A stretch of 64,000 bases of DNA from Candidatus Uhrbacteria bacterium (GTDB lineage Bacteria > Patescibacteriota > Patescibacteriia > GWA2-47-26): contig JACPJN010000007.1 of NCBI GenBank assembly GCA_016187515.1, positions 68,046 through 132,045 on the forward strand, read 5' to 3'. Every line of letters starts with the position of its first letter. Positions within the stretch are counted from its first letter, which is position 1. Shown here in pieces: positions 36,821-44,815 of the stretch. The position numbers and the translations under genes were made by a program. Under the pieces are notes generated by a model. It did not search any database, had not been told where the DNA came from, and worked only from the letters and a program-made list of their open reading frames with translations.

Positions 36821-37396
36821 CTACTCGCTGACGAAGCCAACGAGAGAGTCCCGAGCCCAGGCGCCCCTGACCGCGCCGCGGCCCAGGCCGCGCCAGCCGG
36901 AAGAGCCGCGAAGGTAGAGCACGAGACCATCGCGCACGGAGCCGAGCTCCACGATGAACCGCTCGCGCTGCTCGTTCGGAAGCCCTGCGGCAATGCCCAT
37001 GAGATGCGCGACCGCGATCGGCTCCTTGCCGTTCGCCACACCCCAGGCGATCGCTTCGTTCCTCCACCAGTCGCGATTGAACTCCACGAGGTCGATCCTC
37101 ACCGACTTGTCGAGTCCCACCCACTCCTTGGCGAACTGGCGAACGATGTTGCCGGTGTCGTTGTCGAACTTGCCGAGCCGAACCGCCTCGGCAAAGTCCT
37201 CCGCCGTGTAGGCCGGAACGATGATGGTCTTCACCACCTTGCCGGCAAGCGGCGGCTTCGGCTGCTCGGGCCGCGCGATCTGGTTGATCGTCAGCGTGCG
37301 CTCACCGCGGAGCACCGCCCGCGCCACGTCCACGCCACCCACCACGTTCAGAAGCGCCTCGGTCTCGCCGAGGGTCCAGCCATCGTACTTTGCCAT
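36821..37396 (-). CDS. Hypothetical protein, compositionally foreign (GC about 65%)
   Basis: ATG 37396 (MAKYDGWTLGE) with GGGAGGA upstream. The track ORF extends to 37504. Confidence 0.5.
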   Translation of the reverse strand: MAKYDGWTLGETEALLNVVGGVDVARAVLRGERTLTINQIARPEQPKPPLAGKVVKTIIVPAYTAEDFAEAVRLGKFDNDTGNIVRQFAKEWVGLDKSVRIDLVEFNRDWWRNEAIAWGVANGKEPIAVAHLMGIAAGLPNEQRERFIVELGSVRDGLVLYLRGSSGWRGLGRGAVRGAWARDSLVGFVSE

Positions 37397-37555
37397 TGTG
37401 CTATCCTCCCGGGCTGAAAGCCCGAAAAGCAATTTGCCCCTGCCCGGGGCCCGGGTCTCCACCTCAACATAAGGAGAGCTTTTGAGCCGTTTTAGACGAA
37501 CCAAAAGCCCTCTTCATATTTTTTCAATTATAAAGAACAATCAATTATAACCCAT

Positions 37556-37951
37556 TTAAGCACGGCTGTCAAGCCACCCTTGTAGAATAAGCGCCGCAGC
37601 GGCTGAATCTTTATCGATTCTCTTGCGGTCTTTTCCATAATTTTTCATAGTTTTTTCAATCTGCGCAGTGGTAAAATGTTCATCTACAATCTCCACGCGC
37701 ACAAACTTCCGCAACTTTTCCGCAAACTTCCGCACCTTCTCCTCCATCGGCCCCCTCCCGCCTTGCCCAATCACAATCAATTCCACACCCTCTTCTTTCA
37801 CAATCTTTACAATCGCATCAACAACGTTTCGAATTTCGAATTTCGAATTTCGAATTTCAAGCATAGCGAGCGGCGCCGCCACCCGCGCCTCGCTGTCCCC
37901 AATCGCGACTCCAATTCGCTTGGTGCCGTAATCAATACCTAAAACCCTCAT
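37556..37951 (-). CDS. ruvX: Holliday-junction resolvase-like RuvX/YqgF carrying a 7-nt tandem repeat in frame
   Basis: MRVLGIDYGTKRIGVAIGD. Confidence 0.85.
   Translation of the reverse strand: MRVLGIDYGTKRIGVAIGDSEARVAAPLAMLEIRNSKFEIRNVVDAIVKIVKEEGVELIVIGQGGRGPMEEKVRKFAEKLRKFVRVEIVDEHFTTAQIEKTMKNYGKDRKRIDKDSAAAALILQGWLDSRA
37826..37857. repeat. Heptanucleotide SSR (TTCGAAT x4, self-complementary) inside ruvX, encoding EIRNSKFEIRN
   Basis: gtttcgaatttcgaatttcgaatttcgaatttcaag. Confidence 0.85.
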
Positions 37952-37962
37952 AATAATCTACT

Positions 37963-38008
37963 CTATCAAAAAAAGGGTCCCCACACCAGTGCAACCCGGT
38001 GTGGGGCA
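37963..38008 (-). terminator. Minus-strand rho-independent terminator
   Basis: ccccacaccggguugcacuggugugggg followed by acccUUUUUUU. Confidence 0.6.
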
Positions 38009-38049
38009 AACCGCCGGCGCGGTCGCTGGCATATTCTCCTCCTTACATC

Positions 38050-38487
38050 TTACACCACCTTAATAAGCCAGAGCCAGGAGACGACGAAATCGCCGTAGGC
38101 CTCACGGACGCGCGAGCCGCCGCCGTACGCATCCACGAACGGAAAAAAGGGCAGGCCGCGCGGATCAATCCATGAGGCATCGGCGATCCCGCGGGGATGC
38201 TGACCGTCGGGCGCGAAGGTCCTGGCCACCGCCTCGCGCCATTGCCCTTCCGGGATCTTGCCGCACGTCTTGAGCATGATGCGAACGTCCGCGAAGGTGG
38301 GACGGTGGCCGATCGCGACCCATCTGAACCGCTGGGTCGGCGTACCTTGGATAGTTGGTCCGCTATGTTTCCATTCACCGGCGCGGGGCTCGTCTTGCAC
38401 CATCACAAGCGGATGATTCTCCGGCGCGCCGCCGTCAAGGGTGAGCTCGAACACTTCACCTTGGGGGTAATGCGGAAGTTTATCCAT
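38050..38487 (-). CDS. Hypothetical protein, compositionally foreign (GC about 62%)
   Basis: 145-aa ORF followed by the terminator. Confidence 0.45.
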   Translation of the reverse strand: MDKLPHYPQGEVFELTLDGGAPENHPLVMVQDEPRAGEWKHSGPTIQGTPTQRFRWVAIGHRPTFADVRIMLKTCGKIPEGQWREAVARTFAPDGQHPRGIADASWIDPRGLPFFPFVDAYGGGSRVREAYGDFVVSWLWLIKVV

Positions 38488-38646
38488 GAACTACTCCTCC
38501 TGTTCTTGTTGCGTTGCCTGGTGAGCCCCGCACCACGCGGAATTTCCAAACAACCGGTGTATCCGCCTACCCTATATCCTCCCGCATTTTGACATATCTG
38601 TCAAGGGCTGACTCGGTCATGAAATTGTTCTGCCATACGCTAGTAT

Positions 38647-39504
38647 TTATGTTACCACCTCCGCCCCGCGCTTGCGCACAATCACCGTATGCTCAAAATG
38701 CGCCGAGGGTTTGCCATCGGCCGTTACGATGGTCCAGCCGTCGGGTTGCACATTGACGCGCCAGGTTCCTAAATTTACCATCGGCTCAATCGCAATCACC
38801 ATTCCCTCTTGCAGTATGCAATCCGGAAATCCTTCCACCCAAAAATTCGGGATCTCTGGCGGTTCGTGCACGCGGTAGCCCACGCCGTGTCCGACGAGTT
38901 CGCGCACAATCCCAAACCCAAATTTCTCCACATACTTTTCAATGGCTTTGGAAATATGGCTAACGCGATGACCGGCGCGCACTTGTTTGATGCCAATCTT
39001 TAACGCGCGCCCGGTTACTTTGATCAGTTCACGCACCTTGCGATCCACGCGGCCGACCATGACTGTGCGTGCCGTATCAGTATAGAGACCCCTCCTAACC
39101 TCCCCTTGTAAAGGGGAGGAAATTGTTTCATTTCTCCCCCTCTCGGAGGGGGAGTGAGAGGGGGTCCGTAGAACCGGCCACCGCATGCCGATGTCTATTT
39201 TCACAAGATCTCCATCCTTAATTACCCGCGACGGCACCGCCGGCGCGTGCACTACTTCCTGATTTAGGCACGCGCAAATCGTCGTGGTAAACGGCGGATG
39301 ATCCGGCCGCGGCGCGTAGCCCTTAAACGCCGGCTCTCCGCCGGCCTCCCGAATCATCCGCTCCGCCGCCACATCAAGTTCTTCGGTCGTTACTCCCGGC
39401 TTTACCATTTTACAAAGTCGCTCCAAAATCTTCGCCAAGCGCTTTCCGCCTTGGCGAATCAACTCCAGCTCCTTGGGGTTCTTTATAGTTGCTCCGCGTT
39501 CCAT
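38647..39504 (-). CDS. map: Type I methionine aminopeptidase with an in-frame repeat-encoded insertion of about 32 aa
   Basis: VVHAPAVPSRVIKDGDLVKIDIGM [insertion] GLYTDTARTVMVG ... HGVGYRVHEPPEIPNF ... IEPMV. Confidence 0.9.
   Translation of the reverse strand: MERGATIKNPKELELIRQGGKRLAKILERLCKMVKPGVTTEELDVAAERMIREAGGEPAFKGYAPRPDHPPFTTTICACLNQEVVHAPAVPSRVIKDGDLVKIDIGMRWPVLRTPSHSPSERGRNETISSPLQGEVRRGLYTDTARTVMVGRVDRKVRELIKVTGRALKIGIKQVRAGHRVSHISKAIEKYVEKFGFGIVRELVGHGVGYRVHEPPEIPNFWVEGFPDCILQEGMVIAIEPMVNLGTWRVNVQPDGWTIVTADGKPSAHFEHTVIVRKRGAEVVT
39085..39168. repeat. Family-1 element (cctcccctt gtaa aaggggagg / ctccccctc tc gagggggag), in frame inside map
   Basis: Seen in the sequence. Confidence 0.85.
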
Positions 39505-39642
39505 AGTCCCACTATCTTATCACAGAACGTAAAAAGAAAAAAGCCGCTCGGACTCCCCTTTGCTCCAGGGTGTCCCGCGGCTCTCGAGGTCGACCGCTCA
39601 ACTTCACGCGGCTTGACCGCTCTCCTGGCCGGTCTTTTCCAA

Positions 39643-39999
39643 TTAGGCCTGGAGCATGCGCTCCAGGTCCGCGACTGCCTGGCGAATCCGCGCGTCTTTC
39701 TGAATCCGCGCCTTAGTTTTACGGCAAGCCGTAATCACGGTCGAGTGATTCATGCCGCCAAAACGCCGGCCAATCTCCGGATAGCTCAAGTCGCACAGTT
39801 GACGCATCAGATACATCGCGATCTGGCGCGGGACGCTAATTGCGCGATGCCGCTTTGGTCCGCGCAGGTCCGCGACCGTGACGTGAAAGTAGTTGGCCAC
39901 GGTCCGCTGTACAGTTGGAGCATCCAGCGCCTCTTGACGCTGACGCGGGAAAGTGTAGCCGGGATTAAGCCCCGACCAGGTTCTACTGGCTGATTCCAT
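39643..39999 (-). CDS. Stand-alone DnaA domain IV-like (C-terminal HTH DNA-binding domain) protein
   Basis: VANYFHVTVADLRGPKRHRAISVPRQIAMYLMRQLCDLSYPEIGRRFGGMNHSTVITACRK. Has RBS GAGGAGG and a TTGACA promoter upstream. Confidence 0.65.
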   Translation of the reverse strand: MESASRTWSGLNPGYTFPRQRQEALDAPTVQRTVANYFHVTVADLRGPKRHRAISVPRQIAMYLMRQLCDLSYPEIGRRFGGMNHSTVITACRKTKARIQKDARIRQAVADLERMLQA

Positions 40000-40137
40000 T
40001 AATCTTGTCCTCCTCGCTTTTATTCTGGCATACTCTTACACCCGTGTCAACTGCAAGTCAAACCTTGCGACCAATACTTGTGAAAAAAAATACGAATCTT
40101 TTCAAAATATTTCTGGACTCTTTTCGCATTCAAATTT

Positions 40138-40791
40138 TTAAAATCCCGTTTGCAGCGCTTGCATGATATTTTCGTGGATTTTTTCAATTGAGGAAGAGGC
40201 CTCTATTTCACGCAAAATTCCGCGATGGCGGTAAAGATCCAGCAGGGGTTCGGTTTCGGCGCGGTAGATTTGCAAACGCTTGGATACGGCTTCGGGTTTG
40301 TCATCATCACGCGAAGTTAAGGGCACGCCGTCTTCATCGCAATGCCATACTCCCTCGCCGCGGGATTCTTTAGGCGGAGCATAAACCACATGATAATTAG
40401 TGCCGCATTTGGTGCAGACCAGTCGGCCGGTCATGCGCTTGAGCGCTTCGTGGTCGGAAAGATTAAGTACCAGCACCTGGGTGGCCGCGATAAATTCACC
40501 AAGCAAATCATACTGCGCGCGGTTTCGCGGGTAGCCATCCAGAATAAACCCCTTTTGCGCATCTGCCTGGTTCAAGCGCGCGCGCACCACTTGCGCGGTC
40601 AAATTATCCGGCGCCAGGTTGCCGCCGCGAATAATTTCCTCGGCGCGGCGCCCCAGCGCGGTGCCGGCCGCGATTTCCGCGCGCCAAAGCGCTCCGGCCG
40701 AAATCAAAGGGATGCTCAATTTTTCCGACAGCAATTTGCCTTGGGTGCCTTTGCCTGAACCCTGGGGGCCTAAAAGTAGAATGCGATACAT
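40138..40791 (-). CDS. adk: Adenylate kinase with a zinc lid
   Basis: LLLGPQGSGKGTQ plus CTKCGTNYH...CDEDG. Confidence 0.95.
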   Translation of the reverse strand: MYRILLLGPQGSGKGTQGKLLSEKLSIPLISAGALWRAEIAAGTALGRRAEEIIRGGNLAPDNLTAQVVRARLNQADAQKGFILDGYPRNRAQYDLLGEFIAATQVLVLNLSDHEALKRMTGRLVCTKCGTNYHVVYAPPKESRGEGVWHCDEDGVPLTSRDDDKPEAVSKRLQIYRAETEPLLDLYRHRGILREIEASSSIEKIHENIMQALQTGF

Positions 40792-40796
40792 AGTGA

Positions 40797-40874
40797 TTGA
40801 GTTATTAAGTTAAGGGTTATTAAGTTATTGAAATCACTACTTAATAACTTACTAACTCAATAACCTAATAACTC
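40797..40874. repeat. Family-3 palindromic word-repeat
   Basis: gattgagttattaagttaagggttattaagttattg ... cttaataacttactaactcaataacctaataact. Confidence 0.8.
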
Positions 40875-41676
40875 CAAATCCGGCCAAGGTTCCCAGCACA
40901 ATTGAAGGCAGCGCCGGCAAGGGGCGGCGATGACCCAACTGGAACAAGAGATCCGTGCCTAAAAGACCGAGCAGTGACCCGGCCGCGGCGCCGACGCCAA
41001 ACCAAAATCCTTCCCGCGCCGCGGCGGCCACAAATACCGCGGGGAGCGCCAGGTCTCCGGTTCCCAGAAAGAAAAAACCCTCGCCCGGGGTAACCGCGCG
41101 CAGCTTTTTAAAAAACCATCTTGGACGCTCGGGAAGGATCAGCGCGAAAATCACTCCCTTATCAAGCAGACCCTTAAACATGGTTACCATGTGGTGGGTT
41201 CCATAAACCGCGATCACATCATAGAGACCCAGAATAATCAGCACCACTGCCATTGATTCCCAAGCAATCACGCTTCCCAACGAGGCCGCGATACCGGCAA
41301 TCCCCCCGAGCATAATCACATTCTGCGCGATAATCAGAGGAAACAAGTAGCGCAGGGCAATCAGCCCCAGGGCTAAAAATAACGCCTCCTGCGGAAGATA
41401 CAGCTCCAAAAGCGCCCAAAGACCAATCAGAATCGACAAGCCAAAAATCGCTTCAAATACGACTCGGCGCCGGAGCTTGCGGATCAGAAAAAAAAGCACT
41501 GCCGTGGATAATAAAAAAGAGAAAATCAGCCGCGGCGCGGATAATTCCAGCGTTGTTCCGGAACCGACCAGGATATCGGCGCTCCTTAAGCGCGCGGCGG
41601 CCGATAAAACCAGCGCCTCGGTTGCCGCCAGCAGAAGCACGGTTTGTAAGATAAGAAAAAGCTGCTTTTTGGACAT
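40852..41676 (-). CDS. Presenilin / signal-peptide-peptidase-like intramembrane aspartyl protease homolog (A22-like)
   Basis: Polytopic membrane protein with ordered motifs LGLYDVIAVYG (YD), FLGTGDLALP (GxGD) and LPALPSI (PAL). Confidence 0.55.
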   Translation of the reverse strand: MSKKQLFLILQTVLLLAATEALVLSAAARLRSADILVGSGTTLELSAPRLIFSFLLSTAVLFFLIRKLRRRVVFEAIFGLSILIGLWALLELYLPQEALFLALGLIALRYLFPLIIAQNVIMLGGIAGIAASLGSVIAWESMAVVLIILGLYDVIAVYGTHHMVTMFKGLLDKGVIFALILPERPRWFFKKLRAVTPGEGFFFLGTGDLALPAVFVAAAAREGFWFGVGAAAGSLLGLLGTDLLFQLGHRRPLPALPSIVLGTLAGFGVIRLLS

Positions 41677-41726
41677 AAGACCTCTTGCAAAACAATATGT
41701 TCTACTGTAATTGGTTTGGCCGAGGG

Positions 41727-41963
41727 TTACTGGCCGAAAATGGCTTGCTCAATGGCCGAGGCGTCTCCTTCGGAGATTTTGAACTCGGCGCGCAGCTTAC
41801 GCAGACCTTTGCGCAACTCCGCTTCATATAGCCCGCCGGACCGCGCTTGCTTAAGCAGCTCTTTGACCTGCGCCTGTTCTTTCCAGCCCAACCGCTCGCG
41901 AAGTTTATATAAAATCGCGTTGATTTCCCGATCGGAGAGTTGTTTAGCCATATATTTAGTCAT
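41727..41963 (-). CDS. Hypothetical small protein (78 aa)
   Basis: ORF between secY and the protease gene. Confidence 0.4.
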   Translation of the reverse strand: MTKYMAKQLSDREINAILYKLRERLGWKEQAQVKELLKQARSGGLYEAELRKGLRKLRAEFKISEGDASAIEQAIFGQ

Positions 41964-42036
41964 CAGTTCACAGTCGTCAGTTCACGGCATTGTATTGGCG
42001 CAACTGTGAACCGACGTCTGACGACTGTAGACTCAA
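41958..42036. repeat. Family-4 palindromic word-repeat (CAGTTCAC / GTGAACTG words)
   Basis: tcatcagttcacagtcgtcagttcacgg ... caactgtgaaccgacgtctgacgactg. Confidence 0.75.
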
Positions 42037-43317
42037 TTAGGTTTCATACTCATGCATAGTCAGCTGCGCTTCAATCTGCGTAAGGGTCTCAATCACCACC
42101 GAGACCACGATGAGCACGCTGGTTCCGCCAATCGCGAGCGCCTGTAATCCGGTCAGCCGCTGCATGGCTAAAGGAAGTACCGCGATGACTGCCAGAAATA
42201 AGGCGCCCACGAGGATCACGCGCGAGGTGACGTATTGAAGATAAGCCGCGGTGGGCTTTCCCGGACGAATCCCGGGGACAAAGCCGCCTTGTTTTTGAAG
42301 ATTTTCGGCAATCTGACCCGGATGAAAGACCACGGCCGTATAGAAGTACGTAAAAATAAACACCAAAATAAAGTAGAGTATTCCATATACTAAATTATTT
42401 TGAAAAAAATTGACTACCCATTGCGCGAGGCGGACGACTGTGAGATTGCTGGCCTGCAGGAAAAACTGGGCAATCATTGGCGGAAAAAGCACGATGGAGA
42501 TCGCGAAGATAATCGGGATAACGCCGGCCATATTCACCTTCAGCGGCAGGTGCGTGTCCACTCCGCCATACATTTTCATGCCGCGCACGCGCCGAGCGTA
42601 GGAAACCGGGATATTGCGCTGCGCTTGAGTGATGAGCACCACGCCCACCACCGTCGTAAGCGAAAGGGCGGCAAACAGCGCGAAATTGAGCGCTTGGGTA
42701 GGATCAAAACTCACCAGCACCTGCTGCGCCGCGGTCGGCAGACCGGCGATAATGCCGGCAAAGATCAAGAGTGAGATTCCATTGCCAACCTTGCGTTCCG
42801 TGATCAACTCTCCAATCCACATCAAAAACATGGTTCCGGCCGTAAGCGTCAGGATGGTAATGATATAGGCCTGGGGAGTGAGAATTCCAATAATCTGAAT
42901 CGGCGACTGGCGCAGCAGAGTAATCAGTCCAAACCCCTGGAGAGCCGCCAGCGGAACCGCGGCGTAGCGGGTCCATTGGTTGATTTTCTGGCGACCCGCC
43001 TCGCCTTCTTTCTGAAGCGCTTCCAGCTGGGGAACGACCATGGCGAGCAGCTGAAAGATAATCGAGGAAGTAATGTAGGGCGCCACCCCCAGAGCCACTA
43101 CTGAAAAACTCTCCATGGTCCCGCCGGAAAAGACATTCAAGAGTCCTAAAATCGCGTTGCTTCGAAAAAACGCCTGCAGATTCTCGGTATTCACGCCGGG
43201 AATGGGAATGTGCGCGGCTAACCGAAAAATAAAAAGCATCGCCACCACGTACAGGATACTACGGCGCAAATCCTTAAGACGCCAGATTCGGATGATCGTG
43301 CTCAAGATGCGATTCAT
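42037..43317 (-). CDS. secY: Preprotein translocase SecY
   Basis: Start trimmed to ATG 43317 (MNRILSTIIRIW). The track ORF's first 34 aa are read-through into the family-2 repeat. Confidence 0.9.
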   Translation of the reverse strand: MNRILSTIIRIWRLKDLRRSILYVVAMLFIFRLAAHIPIPGVNTENLQAFFRSNAILGLLNVFSGGTMESFSVVALGVAPYITSSIIFQLLAMVVPQLEALQKEGEAGRQKINQWTRYAAVPLAALQGFGLITLLRQSPIQIIGILTPQAYIITILTLTAGTMFLMWIGELITERKVGNGISLLIFAGIIAGLPTAAQQVLVSFDPTQALNFALFAALSLTTVVGVVLITQAQRNIPVSYARRVRGMKMYGGVDTHLPLKVNMAGVIPIIFAISIVLFPPMIAQFFLQASNLTVVRLAQWVVNFFQNNLVYGILYFILVFIFTYFYTAVVFHPGQIAENLQKQGGFVPGIRPGKPTAAYLQYVTSRVILVGALFLAVIAVLPLAMQRLTGLQALAIGGTSVLIVVSVVIETLTQIEAQLTMHEYET

Positions 43318-43326
43318 AGTTGCGTT

Positions 43327-43407
43327 GAGTAAATCAGGTAAATCAAGCGAGACAAGTGAATCAAGTGTTTGACTGGCCTGATTTACTTGATTCACTTGAT
43401 TTACTCT
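43327..43407. repeat. Family-2 palindromic word-repeat between rplO and secY
   Basis: gagtaaatcaggtaaatcaagcgagacaagtgaatcaagtgtttgactggcctgatttacttgattcacttgatttac. Confidence 0.8.
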
Positions 43408-43843
43408 CAACAGAGCCACCGGCCTGCTCTATTTTAGCACGCGCGGACTTAGAAAGCGAACAACCCTTAACCGTTAGGGCCTTTGTCAGCGTACCCTCTC
43501 CCAGAATTTTAATCGGCGCTCGTAGATTCTGTACCAAATCAAACTTTACTAAAAGTTCCGGCGTAATTGACGTGCCGGCCGCGAAACGCTCATCAAGCAC
43601 TCCGACATTCACCACCGCGGGTCTTCGATGAATGGAAGTAAAGCCGCGCCCCTTGGGGATTCTTTGCATAATCCGCTTCAGTCCGATGCGCTTAAGTCCA
43701 CGGCGTCCGCCTGATCGCGCGCGCTGACCCTTAGTTCCCTTTCCCGCGGTAGTCCCTCGCCCGGAACCGGCGCCGCGACCAATTCGTCTGACTCTGGTGC
43801 GCGAGCCGGAAGCGGGTTTTAGATTGGAAAGCGTGAATGTCAT
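43361..43843 (-). CDS. rplO: 50S ribosomal protein L15; last about 13 aa encoded by the repeat
   Basis: MTFTLSNLKPASGSRTRVRRIGRGAGSGRGTTAGKGTKGQ. Confidence 0.9.
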   Translation of the reverse strand: MTFTLSNLKPASGSRTRVRRIGRGAGSGRGTTAGKGTKGQRARSGGRRGLKRIGLKRIMQRIPKGRGFTSIHRRPAVVNVGVLDERFAAGTSITPELLVKFDLVQNLRAPIKILGEGTLTKALTVKGCSLSKSARAKIEQAGGSVESKSSESSKSGQSNT

Positions 43844-43851
43844 ATTGGGCG

Positions 43852-43938
43852 GGATGGCCACGGATTTTCTACGGATGGCCGACGGATCACGGATCCGTGA
43901 TCTTGTGGCTATCCTGTCTTCTATCCGTGGCTATCTAT
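43852..43938. repeat. Family-6 palindromic repeat (CACGGAT / ATCCGTG words), at the position where rpmD (L30) would normally lie
   Basis: gatggccacggattttctacggatggccgacggatcacggatccgtgatcttgtggctatcc. Confidence 0.8.
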
Positions 43939-44403
43939 TTAACGCAGCTGTTCAATCGCCTGGAGCGTCGCTCTGATAATATTAATTTTATTCTTGGTCG
44001 TCCCCAGAATTTTTCCCACTACATTGGGCACTCCCGCGAGCTCAAAAACAATCCGCATCGGGCCTCCGGCTTTAATACCGGTTCCGCGCGGAGCGGGTTT
44101 TATAAGGACGAGCGCCGCGCCGGATTTGGCGCGAACTTCAAAAGGAATCGTCTCATTCATTATTGGAACCTGGATAAGATTCTTGCGCGCCCGTCGAAAC
44201 GCCTTGGCGGTGGAAAGGGCGACGTCGGCGCCTTTGCCTAAGGCAAAACCAAGCTGTCCTTTGCCATTGCCGACCAGTACCGTCGCGCGAAAAGTCAGGC
44301 GTTTTCCTCCTTTAGTCACCCGCGTAACCCTGCGCAGGTCTATCACGCGCTGCTCAAATTCTTTTTCCTCCGGTGATCGCGTACCAACTCGTCGTTCTCG
44401 CAT
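43939..44403 (-). CDS. rpsE: 30S ribosomal protein S5
   Basis: VTKGGKRLTFRATVLVGNGKGQLGFALGKG. Confidence 0.9.
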   Translation of the reverse strand: MRERRVGTRSPEEKEFEQRVIDLRRVTRVTKGGKRLTFRATVLVGNGKGQLGFALGKGADVALSTAKAFRRARKNLIQVPIMNETIPFEVRAKSGAALVLIKPAPRGTGIKAGGPMRIVFELAGVPNVVGKILGTTKNKINIIRATLQAIEQLR

Positions 44404-44439
44404 ATTGATGTATAGGACCTATAGGTCTTATGGGACTTA

Positions 44440-44811
44440 TCAAAACTTCAACCCGCCCTCGCGCGCTCCTTCCGCAAACGACCGCACTCTTCCGTGATAG
44501 GTTTTTGATCCCCGATCAAAGACCACCTGTGCAATCCCTTTTTGCAAGGCCAGCTCCGCGAATTTACGGCCCAGCGCGCGCGCGGCCTCCACTTTAATAT
44601 GTTTTGCCGCCGGCGGTCCCAATATCGCGTCGGAAACCGCTACCAGAGTTTGCTGTACTGCATCATCAACGCATTGCGCGTACATGTGTTTATTGGTGAC
44701 ATGCACGCTTAACCGCGGACGTCCGCTTTCGCCCCTGATCTTCGCGCGAACTCTTCGCGCCCGCTTTCCAGCTTTTACTTTGATACGCGTAATAGATTCC
44801 TGCATATTCAC
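44440..44811 (-). CDS. rplR: 50S ribosomal protein L18
   Basis: RPRLSVHVTNKHMYAQCVDD. Confidence 0.9.
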   Translation of the reverse strand: MNMQESITRIKVKAGKRARRVRAKIRGESGRPRLSVHVTNKHMYAQCVDDAVQQTLVAVSDAILGPPAAKHIKVEAARALGRKFAELALQKGIAQVVFDRGSKTYHGRVRSFAEGAREGGLKF

Positions 44812-44815
44812 TATA

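Noticed and set aside
39298-39993. 231-aa + strand ORF
   Set aside because: Antisense to map and to the DnaA-IV-like gene. No RBS. The minus-strand genes have strong homology.
43320-43419. Extended SecY N-terminus MALLRVNQVNQVNQ... (and similar MIYLSRLI.. starts on rpsS, rpsL, rplD, rplX)
   Set aside because: Encoded by palindromic repeat elements. Canonical starts ([36 protein letters not shown]) lie just downstream.
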